From assembly GCA_030647175.1 (NCBI GenBank), contig JAUSJU010000058.1, positions 1 to 37,560 on the forward strand: a stretch of DNA of 37,560 bases, in the 5' to 3' direction. A model generated the notes under the pieces. The model had not been told where the DNA came from, searched no databases, and saw only the letters and a program-made list of their open reading frames with translations. Position numbers and translations under genes: made by a program. Each line of letters opens with the position of its first letter. Positions within the stretch are counted from its first letter, which is position 1. Origin of the DNA: a bacterium (GTDB lineage: Bacteria > Patescibacteriota > Minisyncoccia > Minisyncoccales > UBA10102). Below are positions 24,728 through 32,201 of this stretch, one piece after another.

Positions 24728-25186
24728 TTATGGGCAAGGGATGCTGAACCAGCCGTGCTGAAGGCCCGTCCAATTGGCCACGCCGACCACGACAAAGAAG
24801 AAATCAATGGCAAGCCAGCCCCCATAGAGGATGATGAGGGCTATGATCGTGTCCTTTATGATCGCCTTTCCTTTATCAAGAGACCCCGGGCTGCCCGCTG
24901 ACACTAAAAACATGAACCCTCCTGCCAAGAACATGATTACAGCTACTATCGGTATCAATCCTCCGGGTGGTACAAACAAGAAATTCAAGATGTTGTTGCC
25001 CAAGACGAAGAAATGACAGATTCTACAACTCTCTGCCCTCGAGTCATATAAGGAATCGTTATTCAGGTCATACCCGCAGGCAGGGGCTAGCTGCGCGTGC
25101 GCCTGGAGGAACGGAGTTCCGAGAGAAACCAAAAGCAGGAGAAGAAAGAACGAGGCGTTTCTTTTTGTGAGCAGGCTACTCTTCAT
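24728..25186 (-). CDS. VirB2/TrbC-like pilin candidate (152 aa)
   Basis: Signal peptide ending AHA-QL, then two hydrophobic helices separated by the short loop SAGSPGSLDKGKA. Four Cys in the mature part. The call rests on position and architecture only. Confidence 0.6.
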   Translation of the reverse strand: MKSSLLTKRNASFFLLLLLVSLGTPFLQAHAQLAPACGYDLNNDSLYDSRAESCRICHFFVLGNNILNFLFVPPGGLIPIVAVIMFLAGGFMFLVSAGSPGSLDKGKAIIKDTIIALIILYGGWLAIDFFFVVVGVANWTGLQHGWFSIPCP

Positions 25187-25643
25187 CTATTTTTTCAAGG
25201 TAAGTGTCTGATTTTCTCGGTCGTCCCCTTTTTGGAGTTTCGGGCTGGCGGGCTACTTTTGGAGCCTGTTCTTCAAGAGCAGCAGTAGCGGGGGCCCGGC
25301 TAGGGGAAGGCTTTCCTTGAACGATTATATGGATCTGGCTCAAGCTCTCTTTCACAGGGAAGAATATGAATCTATTGATTTCATGAGCAAGCTGAGATAG
25401 AGCATCTTTTTGCAAGCCAACTTTTTTCTCTATTGCACCGGGGAAATCTTCGGGCATTAATAAGCCCATCAATACGAGCCCTGCGTCAGCTGCAACCTCT
25501 CCTACCCGCGCGTCGGTAATCCCTTGTTTTTCACAGGCCGTCCGTATGGCATCCGCAGTTTGTACGGAAAAGATAGCTTCCTGAAGCTCATCCGGAAGTT
25601 TTTCATACGTCTGTTCTAATTGTTCCTGCGTGTATTCTGCCAT
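25176..25643 (-). CDS. hypothetical 155-aa protein, first gene of the VirB2/B3/B4 operon; C-terminal AT-hook-like PKRGRPRKS
   Basis: ORF with an ATG 6 nt after a perfect extended -10. N-terminal LPDELQEAIFS helical domain, a Pro/Ala-rich linker, then KRGRPRK. Confidence 0.6.
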   Translation of the reverse strand: MAEYTQEQLEQTYEKLPDELQEAIFSVQTADAIRTACEKQGITDARVGEVAADAGLVLMGLLMPEDFPGAIEKKVGLQKDALSQLAHEINRFIFFPVKESLSQIHIIVQGKPSPSRAPATAALEEQAPKVARQPETPKRGRPRKSDTYLEKIDEE

Positions 25644-25649
25644 ACCGAT

Positions 25650-25658
25650 ATTATATCA
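25650..25658 (-). promoter_or_regulatory. extended -10 box TGATATAAT, 6 nt upstream of ATG 25643 (leaderless-type operon promoter)
   Basis: The minus strand reads TTGTAG-17-TGATATAAT-ATCGGT-ATG. The TATAAT hexamer is perfect. Confidence 0.6.
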
Positions 25659-25697
25659 GCGCCAGTAGGGGGCTACAAGCGAACCCAAAACAAAGGG

Positions 25698-25727
25698 TTG
25701 ACAGATTCCTAGTTATTATGGTATAGT
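25698..25727 (+). promoter_or_regulatory. sigma70-type promoter TTGACA-18-TATAGT for the SPFH gene
   Basis: TTGACA at 25698..25703 and TATAGT at 25722..25727. It makes the ORF-track TTG start at 25727 implausible. Confidence 0.6.
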
Positions 25728-25780
25728 TGTACTTAGAACCCTCACAAAAGCATATAGAGAATAGAAAGGATGTGGCTATC

Positions 25781-27016
25781 ATGGGAGGAATCTTCGCTGT
25801 AGTGATACAGTGGATTGTAAGTCATTACTCTTTCCTGGCAACAGGAGCGGGTATTGTCATCGTGGCAATAGGAGCACTATCTTTAGTGCTTATAGCGCCG
25901 GCTATGTTTACCGGGGGGATTGAGGCGCCTGGATTATTCCCGGCCCCCACCATCCCTGGCGGATTTTCCGGGGTTCCTCTGCCCGGATTCGTAACTGGGC
26001 TTCCAGAACCCGCGGATTCCTTAACCAGGATTACTATCCTGTTAAGCACCGTAGTTGTTCTATGGCGTTTCGTTGCACGCAACATATTCGTTATAGTGCA
26101 TCAGGAGAACAGGGCTGTGATTGAGAGGTTCGGCAAGTTTAACCGAGTCTTGAAATCCGGACTGTACTTTATTCTACCCTTCGGGATAGAGGAGGTGCGA
26201 GTCAATATGCCCGTATGGCAGATGACGATGCCGCTTTTTCCATCCTCAATCCAGATTGATTTCAAGGATGGAGGCAGCGCCGCACCAGTTGGCGCGGAAG
26301 CATGGCTTCGTATCTTTAGTCCAGACACGGAATATTCCGTTGACGGCGACACGCCGCGCAACGGGGTGTTCAGGGCTCTGTACGGGGTTGCAAATTGGCG
26401 TACGGCAACACAAGCCGCAGCCGAGCACGCTCTTCGCGGATATCTTGGGACTCAACTCCTCGAAGACATACTGCAGACAACGGATGCTCAAACAGGATTC
26501 GATCTGCTGACTCTTCTGGCTCAACACCAAGGAGATGAGCTAAAGAAAGTATTCAGAGGTTTGGGATTTGAAGTATTGCGCATTACCGTGCAAGATTTCA
26601 ATCTCGGTCCCGAGGTTCTTGCAGCAAGGCGCGGAGTCATGGAAAGCCAGCGACAAGCAGATGCCACCATCTTCCAGAGAAGGACACGTTCCCAGGAAAC
26701 GATGGGTGCGGTGGTCCAGATGGTAGCCGATGCTGTCGGGAAGACGTATGAGGAAACTCAACAATGGCTTGCTCAGCATCCTGAACAGTGGCAACAGGTG
26801 ATCGATCTGGCCACGAAGCTAGTCTTGCGCCAGATGAGTGTCGACGGGAAAGCTCTTCATCACTTCGTCGTCGAAGGATTCGAGCCTCTCGTAGGAGGGA
26901 TCTCCACTATCGCCGAGTTGATTCGAGGTGGAACAGGTCCTACGGCGCAAGGCAACGGCGGTACAGCGCCTGCTATTACCACAACCGGCGCACAGCCTGT
27001 GGCCACCCCTGCCTAG
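25781..27016 (+). CDS. SPFH/Band-7 (stomatin/prohibitin-like) membrane protein with Gly/Thr/Ala/Pro-rich C-terminal tail
   Basis: N-terminal hydrophobic segments, then IVHQENRAVIERFGKFNRVLKSGLYFILPFGIEEVR, typical of the SPFH domain start. GAAAGGA lies 9 nt before ATG 25781. Confidence 0.8.
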   Translation: MGGIFAVVIQWIVSHYSFLATGAGIVIVAIGALSLVLIAPAMFTGGIEAPGLFPAPTIPGGFSGVPLPGFVTGLPEPADSLTRITILLSTVVVLWRFVARNIFVIVHQENRAVIERFGKFNRVLKSGLYFILPFGIEEVRVNMPVWQMTMPLFPSSIQIDFKDGGSAAPVGAEAWLRIFSPDTEYSVDGDTPRNGVFRALYGVANWRTATQAAAEHALRGYLGTQLLEDILQTTDAQTGFDLLTLLAQHQGDELKKVFRGLGFEVLRITVQDFNLGPEVLAARRGVMESQRQADATIFQRRTRSQETMGAVVQMVADAVGKTYEETQQWLAQHPEQWQQVIDLATKLVLRQMSVDGKALHHFVVEGFEPLVGGISTIAELIRGGTGPTAQGNGGTAPAITTTGAQPVATPA

Positions 27017-27098
27017 TAAAAGGTTCGGATGGAAAACGTCGGTGCAAGGACGCGCCAAGAATAATAGCAACCACAGCATTCGCACAAGGTTGCTTCCA

Positions 27099-27132
27099 GG
27101 GCGAGCTTTATACAAGCTCGCCTTTTTATTTT
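27099..27132 (+). terminator. intrinsic terminator of the SPFH gene
   Basis: GGCGAGC-N9-GCTCGCC (27100..27106 / 27116..27122) is followed by TTTTTATTTT. On the minus strand no T-tract follows. Confidence 0.75.
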
Positions 27133-29634
27133 CTATGCTTCTCCTCTTCCCATCCTGGTATATGCGGTCCGCACTTCGTCGTCAGTCATAGCGTTTATCT
27201 GCTCATTGGTGCGTCCTCCTCTCTGGAAGAGCTCTCTTCTCAGGAGAGCTGTATTGTTTCCTCCTGCAGCTTCTCTGAATCTACTTCCTGCTCCGGTATC
27301 AGGAGAAGACGCTTGGCTGCGCCGACTTCCTTCGCCAGTATCAGGAGAGACAGAAAGAGTTTCCCGAGATGCGGAAGCCGTAGATGGAGCGGAACCTCTT
27401 CTTGCAATCACCTGCTCCATTCTTTGGATTTGTCCTTGTATGTCTTGGTTTACCTGTTTGAATTTCTGCACCTCCTTCATCATTTCTGGCTCGCTAGCGT
27501 AGTATCGTTCATTTTCAAGGGTGCTAATTTTCGAGTCGTTTTCTGCAACCTGGGTCCGCATTCTTTCGATTTCCTGGTTGAGCTCAGGTATTGGTCTCCG
27601 ATAATTTTGTACATACTCTTTCAGCCCATCTTCTGTAAGGTTTCCGATAGATTTGACTCCAAGGCCTCTTGCAGTGGAACTCGTAGACCAAGTTAATATA
27701 TCTTCTGCGTCATTCCCCACAAACCAATCGGGTCCGAGCGACTGAACATAGTTCCAGATAGCTTGTCGGTCCGTTCTTTTCGCACGGCGGAGTAGTCCCG
27801 GCATAACGTCGGAGCCTTTCTCCTTCATAATTTTATCAAGAGTTTCTCTTGAAAGTTTTTGCGCGGCCTCTGTTTTCTCTTTATCAACCTCATCATCACC
27901 GTTCGCATCTTTTTTCCCGGTATATATTTTTATTTCGGGGTTGAGATACTCAGCAAGAACTCGATCATTCTTGAAGTCATCGTCAGAAAGCTTTTTTAGG
28001 GTGCTTTCCTGTTCTTTCGCTCCTACACCAAGCGCATCCATTTGTCCCACGAATGCTTTGGATATAGATCTGCTTACATGAGGGCCCCGGCTCCAAGCAG
28101 CCTGGTAGACTCTCTTCAGATCTCCCATATTAAGCCGGCCCGCTTTAATTGCTGTATTAAGGTCGTCAACATCGTTATTTCCTATTAGTCCATTAACCAA
28201 ACCGATTGCCTTATTCATACCTGCAAGGTTGCCTGTTCCGAGGGTAGCGATCAATTCGTTAATCAAGACCTCTGGGTTCTTGCCAGAAGCCGCTGTCTTT
28301 GCCTTAGCCATTTCCACATCGTCAAGCGCTTGCATTTGAGCAGTAGGCTTCATTAACGCAGACCCCAACATTTGAAGCGCTCCTCCAGGAGAGCGCACCG
28401 CATACTTGAGTGTTCCTCCAAGAAGGGGCACGTTCTGGACCCCTTGAGGAATTTTTTCTGCCAGGCTCGTCTGATACCCTCCAAGGCGTTGAAGCCCTTT
28501 TCCTACCTTATCCGAAATAGGGGCACCCACTCTTCTCCAAGCAGAACTTCCCAGGATCTGAGCTCCGCTTTTTGCCTTTCCAGCCATCCATTCTGGCGCA
28601 TTCATGCCGAACGAATGTGATTTTATGGCGTTGAATCCCATGGCGTTTGACTGCAGTCCCATGAAGAAGCCGATCAAGAGCACGATGTCAGCTATGATGA
28701 AGGGTATGACCTCGTTGAATATGTTCGCCAACCCTCTTACAACAGGCAGATTCCCCGTTTCAGGGAGCTGAGAAGTAAACCCTCCCTTGGCGGCAAGCGC
28801 GATGGTATGATCTCCGAGCCAGAGGAAGAACGCCGCAAAAATCCCAACCGTGGACCACTCGATAAATTGGTCGAACCACTTGGTAAAGAATCCTTTGGTC
28901 GCGGGGAGTATGAGGGATATGAGAGCTATGGGAGAAAGGATGACAAGAATCCAGATCATCACTTTTCGTACGAAGAATAGGGTGGCGTAGAAAAAGAAGA
29001 TTACGGCGGTAAGTATATTAAAGAACCCGATCGCCAATATTTTTGCCAGGAAAGCAGGGAAGTTAGAATTCCCGGATGAACCGCTGATGATTGCGTCAAG
29101 GTTGGACCCTACGCTCGTGAGCACCTGAGTTCCCAAGAGCCCTTCCAGAAAGAAGTTCATGACAATGTTCGTCGCATCAACGACGAATCCCATAAGGACG
29201 GGTGCGAAGTTGATGAGAACCGCTATGGCGACCAGGCGAGGAAGCGCCTTTTTCGCCTCGTAATCTCCGAGCCGCAACGCGGTACCAAGACCGATGAAAA
29301 TAAGGATGAGCACCAAGAGCATGTTCGCAAAGTCGCGGACGATGGGCCAGGCCACATCAATAACGCCTCCTGTAGTATAGGGAACTCGGATGAATTGCGG
29401 ATCAATGGATTGCTGGAGCATTAAAGAAGACATGAACAGCAGGCCAGTAGGGATCGCCAGCATGATTCGCGAGAATATCCACCCTATTGCGTCGGGGATG
29501 ATCTGGCCGAGGCTTCCGATGAATCCGAACACATCTTGTTGAGCGGATGCAACGTCAACAGGCACCACAAAGGCAGTAATGAGCATTAAGCTCAATGGGA
29601 ATACTCCGTACTTTTTGATGGTGTTGAGGTTCAT
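27133..29634 (-). CDS. polytopic membrane protein, VirB6/TrbL-like candidate, with a roughly 500-aa hydrophilic C-terminal extension
   Basis: 833 aa. Signal or TM segment plus multiple TM helices in the first 330 aa or so, then a coiled-coil-rich soluble region ending in a duplicated SPDTG(E/A)GSR. The assignment rests on architecture and context, not on a recognised motif. Confidence 0.5.
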   Translation of the reverse strand: MNLNTIKKYGVFPLSLMLITAFVVPVDVASAQQDVFGFIGSLGQIIPDAIGWIFSRIMLAIPTGLLFMSSLMLQQSIDPQFIRVPYTTGGVIDVAWPIVRDFANMLLVLILIFIGLGTALRLGDYEAKKALPRLVAIAVLINFAPVLMGFVVDATNIVMNFFLEGLLGTQVLTSVGSNLDAIISGSSGNSNFPAFLAKILAIGFFNILTAVIFFFYATLFFVRKVMIWILVILSPIALISLILPATKGFFTKWFDQFIEWSTVGIFAAFFLWLGDHTIALAAKGGFTSQLPETGNLPVVRGLANIFNEVIPFIIADIVLLIGFFMGLQSNAMGFNAIKSHSFGMNAPEWMAGKAKSGAQILGSSAWRRVGAPISDKVGKGLQRLGGYQTSLAEKIPQGVQNVPLLGGTLKYAVRSPGGALQMLGSALMKPTAQMQALDDVEMAKAKTAASGKNPEVLINELIATLGTGNLAGMNKAIGLVNGLIGNNDVDDLNTAIKAGRLNMGDLKRVYQAAWSRGPHVSRSISKAFVGQMDALGVGAKEQESTLKKLSDDDFKNDRVLAEYLNPEIKIYTGKKDANGDDEVDKEKTEAAQKLSRETLDKIMKEKGSDVMPGLLRRAKRTDRQAIWNYVQSLGPDWFVGNDAEDILTWSTSSTARGLGVKSIGNLTEDGLKEYVQNYRRPIPELNQEIERMRTQVAENDSKISTLENERYYASEPEMMKEVQKFKQVNQDIQGQIQRMEQVIARRGSAPSTASASRETLSVSPDTGEGSRRSQASSPDTGAGSRFREAAGGNNTALLRRELFQRGGRTNEQINAMTDDEVRTAYTRMGRGEA

Positions 29635-29635
29635 A

Positions 29636-30442
29636 TTACTTCACTACTTGGAGCGAACAGCAGAAGAAATTATTTGTCTGGCACTGCTGTTGGGCGTCAT
29701 TGAGGATTTTTAGATATTTTGCTTCCTGGCAGGAATATATGGCATCGGTCCGCTGAATGATCTCTCCTTCGGAAGTCTGCTGGTTTACCGGAGTCACGCA
29801 GGCCTGGAGGGCGCGGCGGACATCCGCCAATGCATTCATGATATGCGTCCTTTGGGTATTGGGGAGGCACTCTTTGGGGCATCCCTGCCCCGCTCCTCCG
29901 GGCCCGCCGCACCCTGCAGGACAGTTCTTTATCAAAGAAGAAGGGGCTGGAACTTTCTTCCCAAGAAGGTCTTTGATCGCGTCATTCTCTTGTTGTACCT
30001 GGCCGTAGTACCCGTTTACCCCGGCAATCCTGCTTTCAACTTGGCTTTTTGCGTCCGTTGAAAAGGGTTGTCCGGTGCACGAGTTCGTTATGCAGGAACA
30101 TCCGCCCTCTTTCGAACATACGGTAGTGCAAGAGCTCGTGCAGTTTTGCACCTTGGCCTCGCTCTCCAGATCTGTCAGAAGTTTAGACTCCTTGATCTGG
30201 GCTTTTGCCGAGCTCGCTATATTGAAAAGCGAAGTCAGAAGCTGTTGATGAAATTTATCTGCTTCGTCAACCAAGGTTCCTGCGGGAATCTCTTTATCTA
30301 AGCATATGAGTTCCACCTTCTGGGCGAGAGCTTCGTCAATGAACGTCGTTCTTTGATTATACCCAAAGCCGATGAAAATCAAAACAGCAAAGAAGAAAAT
30401 GGCGGAAGTTGTGTAAAGGGGTTGTTTCATGCCAGGGATCAT
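29636..30442 (-). CDS. N-terminally anchored Cys-rich protein (268 aa), unknown family
   Basis: TM anchor AIFFFAVLIFIGFG and about 18 Cys, including GGCSCITNSCTGQPF and CPAGCGGPGGAGQGCPKEC. ATGA overlap with the upstream gene. Confidence 0.65.
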   Translation of the reverse strand: MIPGMKQPLYTTSAIFFFAVLIFIGFGYNQRTTFIDEALAQKVELICLDKEIPAGTLVDEADKFHQQLLTSLFNIASSAKAQIKESKLLTDLESEAKVQNCTSSCTTVCSKEGGCSCITNSCTGQPFSTDAKSQVESRIAGVNGYYGQVQQENDAIKDLLGKKVPAPSSLIKNCPAGCGGPGGAGQGCPKECLPNTQRTHIMNALADVRRALQACVTPVNQQTSEGEIIQRTDAIYSCQEAKYLKILNDAQQQCQTNNFFCCSLQVVK

Positions 30443-31251
30443 TCTGCCGTTATATTCACGCCGATATTAGCTTCTACGTATGCGGCAAGGGTGCTATTCG
30501 CATCTTCTAGTGCCTTTTTCTTTTTTGCCAATGCTGCTTTGTCACAGGGCTCTCCGGTGCATTGAAGAGCAGAACACGAAGGAGCCCCGCCACAATGAGG
30601 AATGACCGTGTTTCGGGAACAACTGCATCGATCAAGCTCGTCTTTGTATGCTTGCGCCTTATCTCGAGCATCTTTGGCAAGATCTTCTGCTTGCTGCGCG
30701 ATAGAGGCTAACTGAGCGAGCGTCCGCTCATCCATAACGCGCTCAACGAGATCTCCCGCGGGGACCTCCAAGAGCTCCGAACCCACTTTCTTCTGTTCAG
30801 TTATCGGCTTGCATATTTTCGCGCAGAACCCTTGGGTCGGATTTGAACAATCGCATGGCGTGATCGGCGAAGCGGGTTTTTCAAGCCGCAAAATATTAAG
30901 CTGCGGATTAATGGTGCCCAGCAAGAGCGAAGATCCCAAAAGGACGAGGATCCCTATTACCGCTCCAGAAATTCTGCTTCGTGCCGCGGTCTGCGAAGCC
31001 ACATTTCCTCCGGAGGTTAAATATTGGACGCCTCCAAGAACCACAGAGCCCATGGCAATAAACCCGGAAGCCGTGATGAGGAAGTAGTACAGGTAGAGAA
31101 TGAATTCAGGAAGCGTTGGCTGGAGCGTGAGCCGTACGCCATTAGGAAGCGTAGGATACTGGATCTCGGTACCTTGGGCGAACGCAATACCGCTGGGCAA
31201 GAGCAAGGCCAGAAGAAAAAGTACGCCCAGATGCTTACTGATAGAACGCAT
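30439..31251 (-). CDS. second VirB2-like pilin module fused to a coiled-coil/Cys-rich C-terminal domain (270 aa)
   Basis: Signal peptide ending AFA-QG. Two hydrophobic helices are separated by TSGGNVASQTAARSR, then about 150 aa carry CDC...C..IC and RCSCSRNTVIPHCGGAPSCSALQCTGEPC. Confidence 0.6.
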   Translation of the reverse strand: MRSISKHLGVLFLLALLLPSGIAFAQGTEIQYPTLPNGVRLTLQPTLPEFILYLYYFLITASGFIAMGSVVLGGVQYLTSGGNVASQTAARSRISGAVIGILVLLGSSLLLGTINPQLNILRLEKPASPITPCDCSNPTQGFCAKICKPITEQKKVGSELLEVPAGDLVERVMDERTLAQLASIAQQAEDLAKDARDKAQAYKDELDRCSCSRNTVIPHCGGAPSCSALQCTGEPCDKAALAKKKKALEDANSTLAAYVEANIGVNITAE

Positions 31252-32200
31252 AGAGATAGTTTGTGCTGAATCTATTGATTACGTCGCTTGCGAGGAACGC
31301 CGCCTCCCCTCCTCCGATGTATGGATCCTGGAAATAGAGGCATGTATCGGTGACGCCTCCTATGGTGCATCTCCCAATTCCTTTGATCAGAGAGATGTGT
31401 CCGTACGTACAGTTCAGCGGACCGCTAAACTTGAAGCAGCCGAAGGATCCAACGATTGGATGCCCCTCCTTTAGATGCTCTTCAATGGCAGAGAAGGGGA
31501 TACTAGCCTGATACCCTATTCCATATTGGTCATATGCGAACCTTGCCAGGTTAGGGAGGGAAGATCCGAAGCCGCAAATGTATTCAATCCCTCCCCTGAC
31601 CGCTTGCGCGATCGTTGCGGGAGTGATGTTCTCGCCGAAGTATTTCAATACCATTGCAATGCTCGTGATTCCGCAGCCGCCTTCCTGCATAGAATTTCCT
31701 GCGCTGCACTGGTCAATGAGCTGTCGTGCCCACGAGGAGTCTGTTTGAGAGAAAGGAGGGATATTGAGCATGGTTGCGTCTGTCGGGACCGGGATCGGGC
31801 CAAAGTTTGGAGGAACGCCTGCTCCTCCTCCGGGAGGAGTGACAAGAGGATAGTTTTGCGGGAGCAATTCTCCACCAACCCCGTACACTTTATCTATTAC
31901 GTGTCGATCGAGCACGGTATCAATGTAAAACGTAAGAGGGTCGTTTCCTGTGGCAGGTATCAGTTGTCCCATGGCTCTGAATGTTTTGATGTCAGCTTTC
32001 TTCCCTCCGGCATTGAGCAGAAGCTGGGAAAGCTCAAGATACTCGTCGTAGTTGATCGGCTGTATCGCTTCCTTGAGCACGATACCCACAGACCCCAAAG
32101 AGCCCCCGTCCCTCATATATTGGATTACCGTTTCAGCGTTCGCTGAAGTCGTTAAAGGAAGGGAAAGGAAGAAGAGTATGGCAAAAACAATTTTCTTCAT
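31235..32200 (-). CDS. secreted papain-like (peptidase C39-like) cysteine peptidase, candidate cell-wall hydrolase or processing enzyme
   Basis: Signal peptide MKKIVFAILFFLSLPLTTSANA and a Gly/Pro linker (TPPGGGAGVPPNFGPIPVP). PPFSQTDSSW...GGCGITSIAMVLKYFG gives the catalytic Cys context and TYGHISLIKG a candidate His. ATG at 32200 is preferred over TTG at 32218. Confidence 0.6.
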   Translation of the reverse strand: MKKIVFAILFFLSLPLTTSANAETVIQYMRDGGSLGSVGIVLKEAIQPINYDEYLELSQLLLNAGGKKADIKTFRAMGQLIPATGNDPLTFYIDTVLDRHVIDKVYGVGGELLPQNYPLVTPPGGGAGVPPNFGPIPVPTDATMLNIPPFSQTDSSWARQLIDQCSAGNSMQEGGCGITSIAMVLKYFGENITPATIAQAVRGGIEYICGFGSSLPNLARFAYDQYGIGYQASIPFSAIEEHLKEGHPIVGSFGCFKFSGPLNCTYGHISLIKGIGRCTIGGVTDTCLYFQDPYIGGGEAAFLASDVINRFSTNYLYAFYQ

Positions 32201-32201
32201 A

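Noticed and set aside
26788-27696. 302-aa plus-strand ORF spanning the SPFH 3' end, the terminator and the VirB6-like gene 3' end.
   Set aside because: It is antisense to a well-supported gene, crosses an intrinsic terminator, and translates to an Arg/Ser/Cys-rich low-complexity product. It is a shadow ORF.
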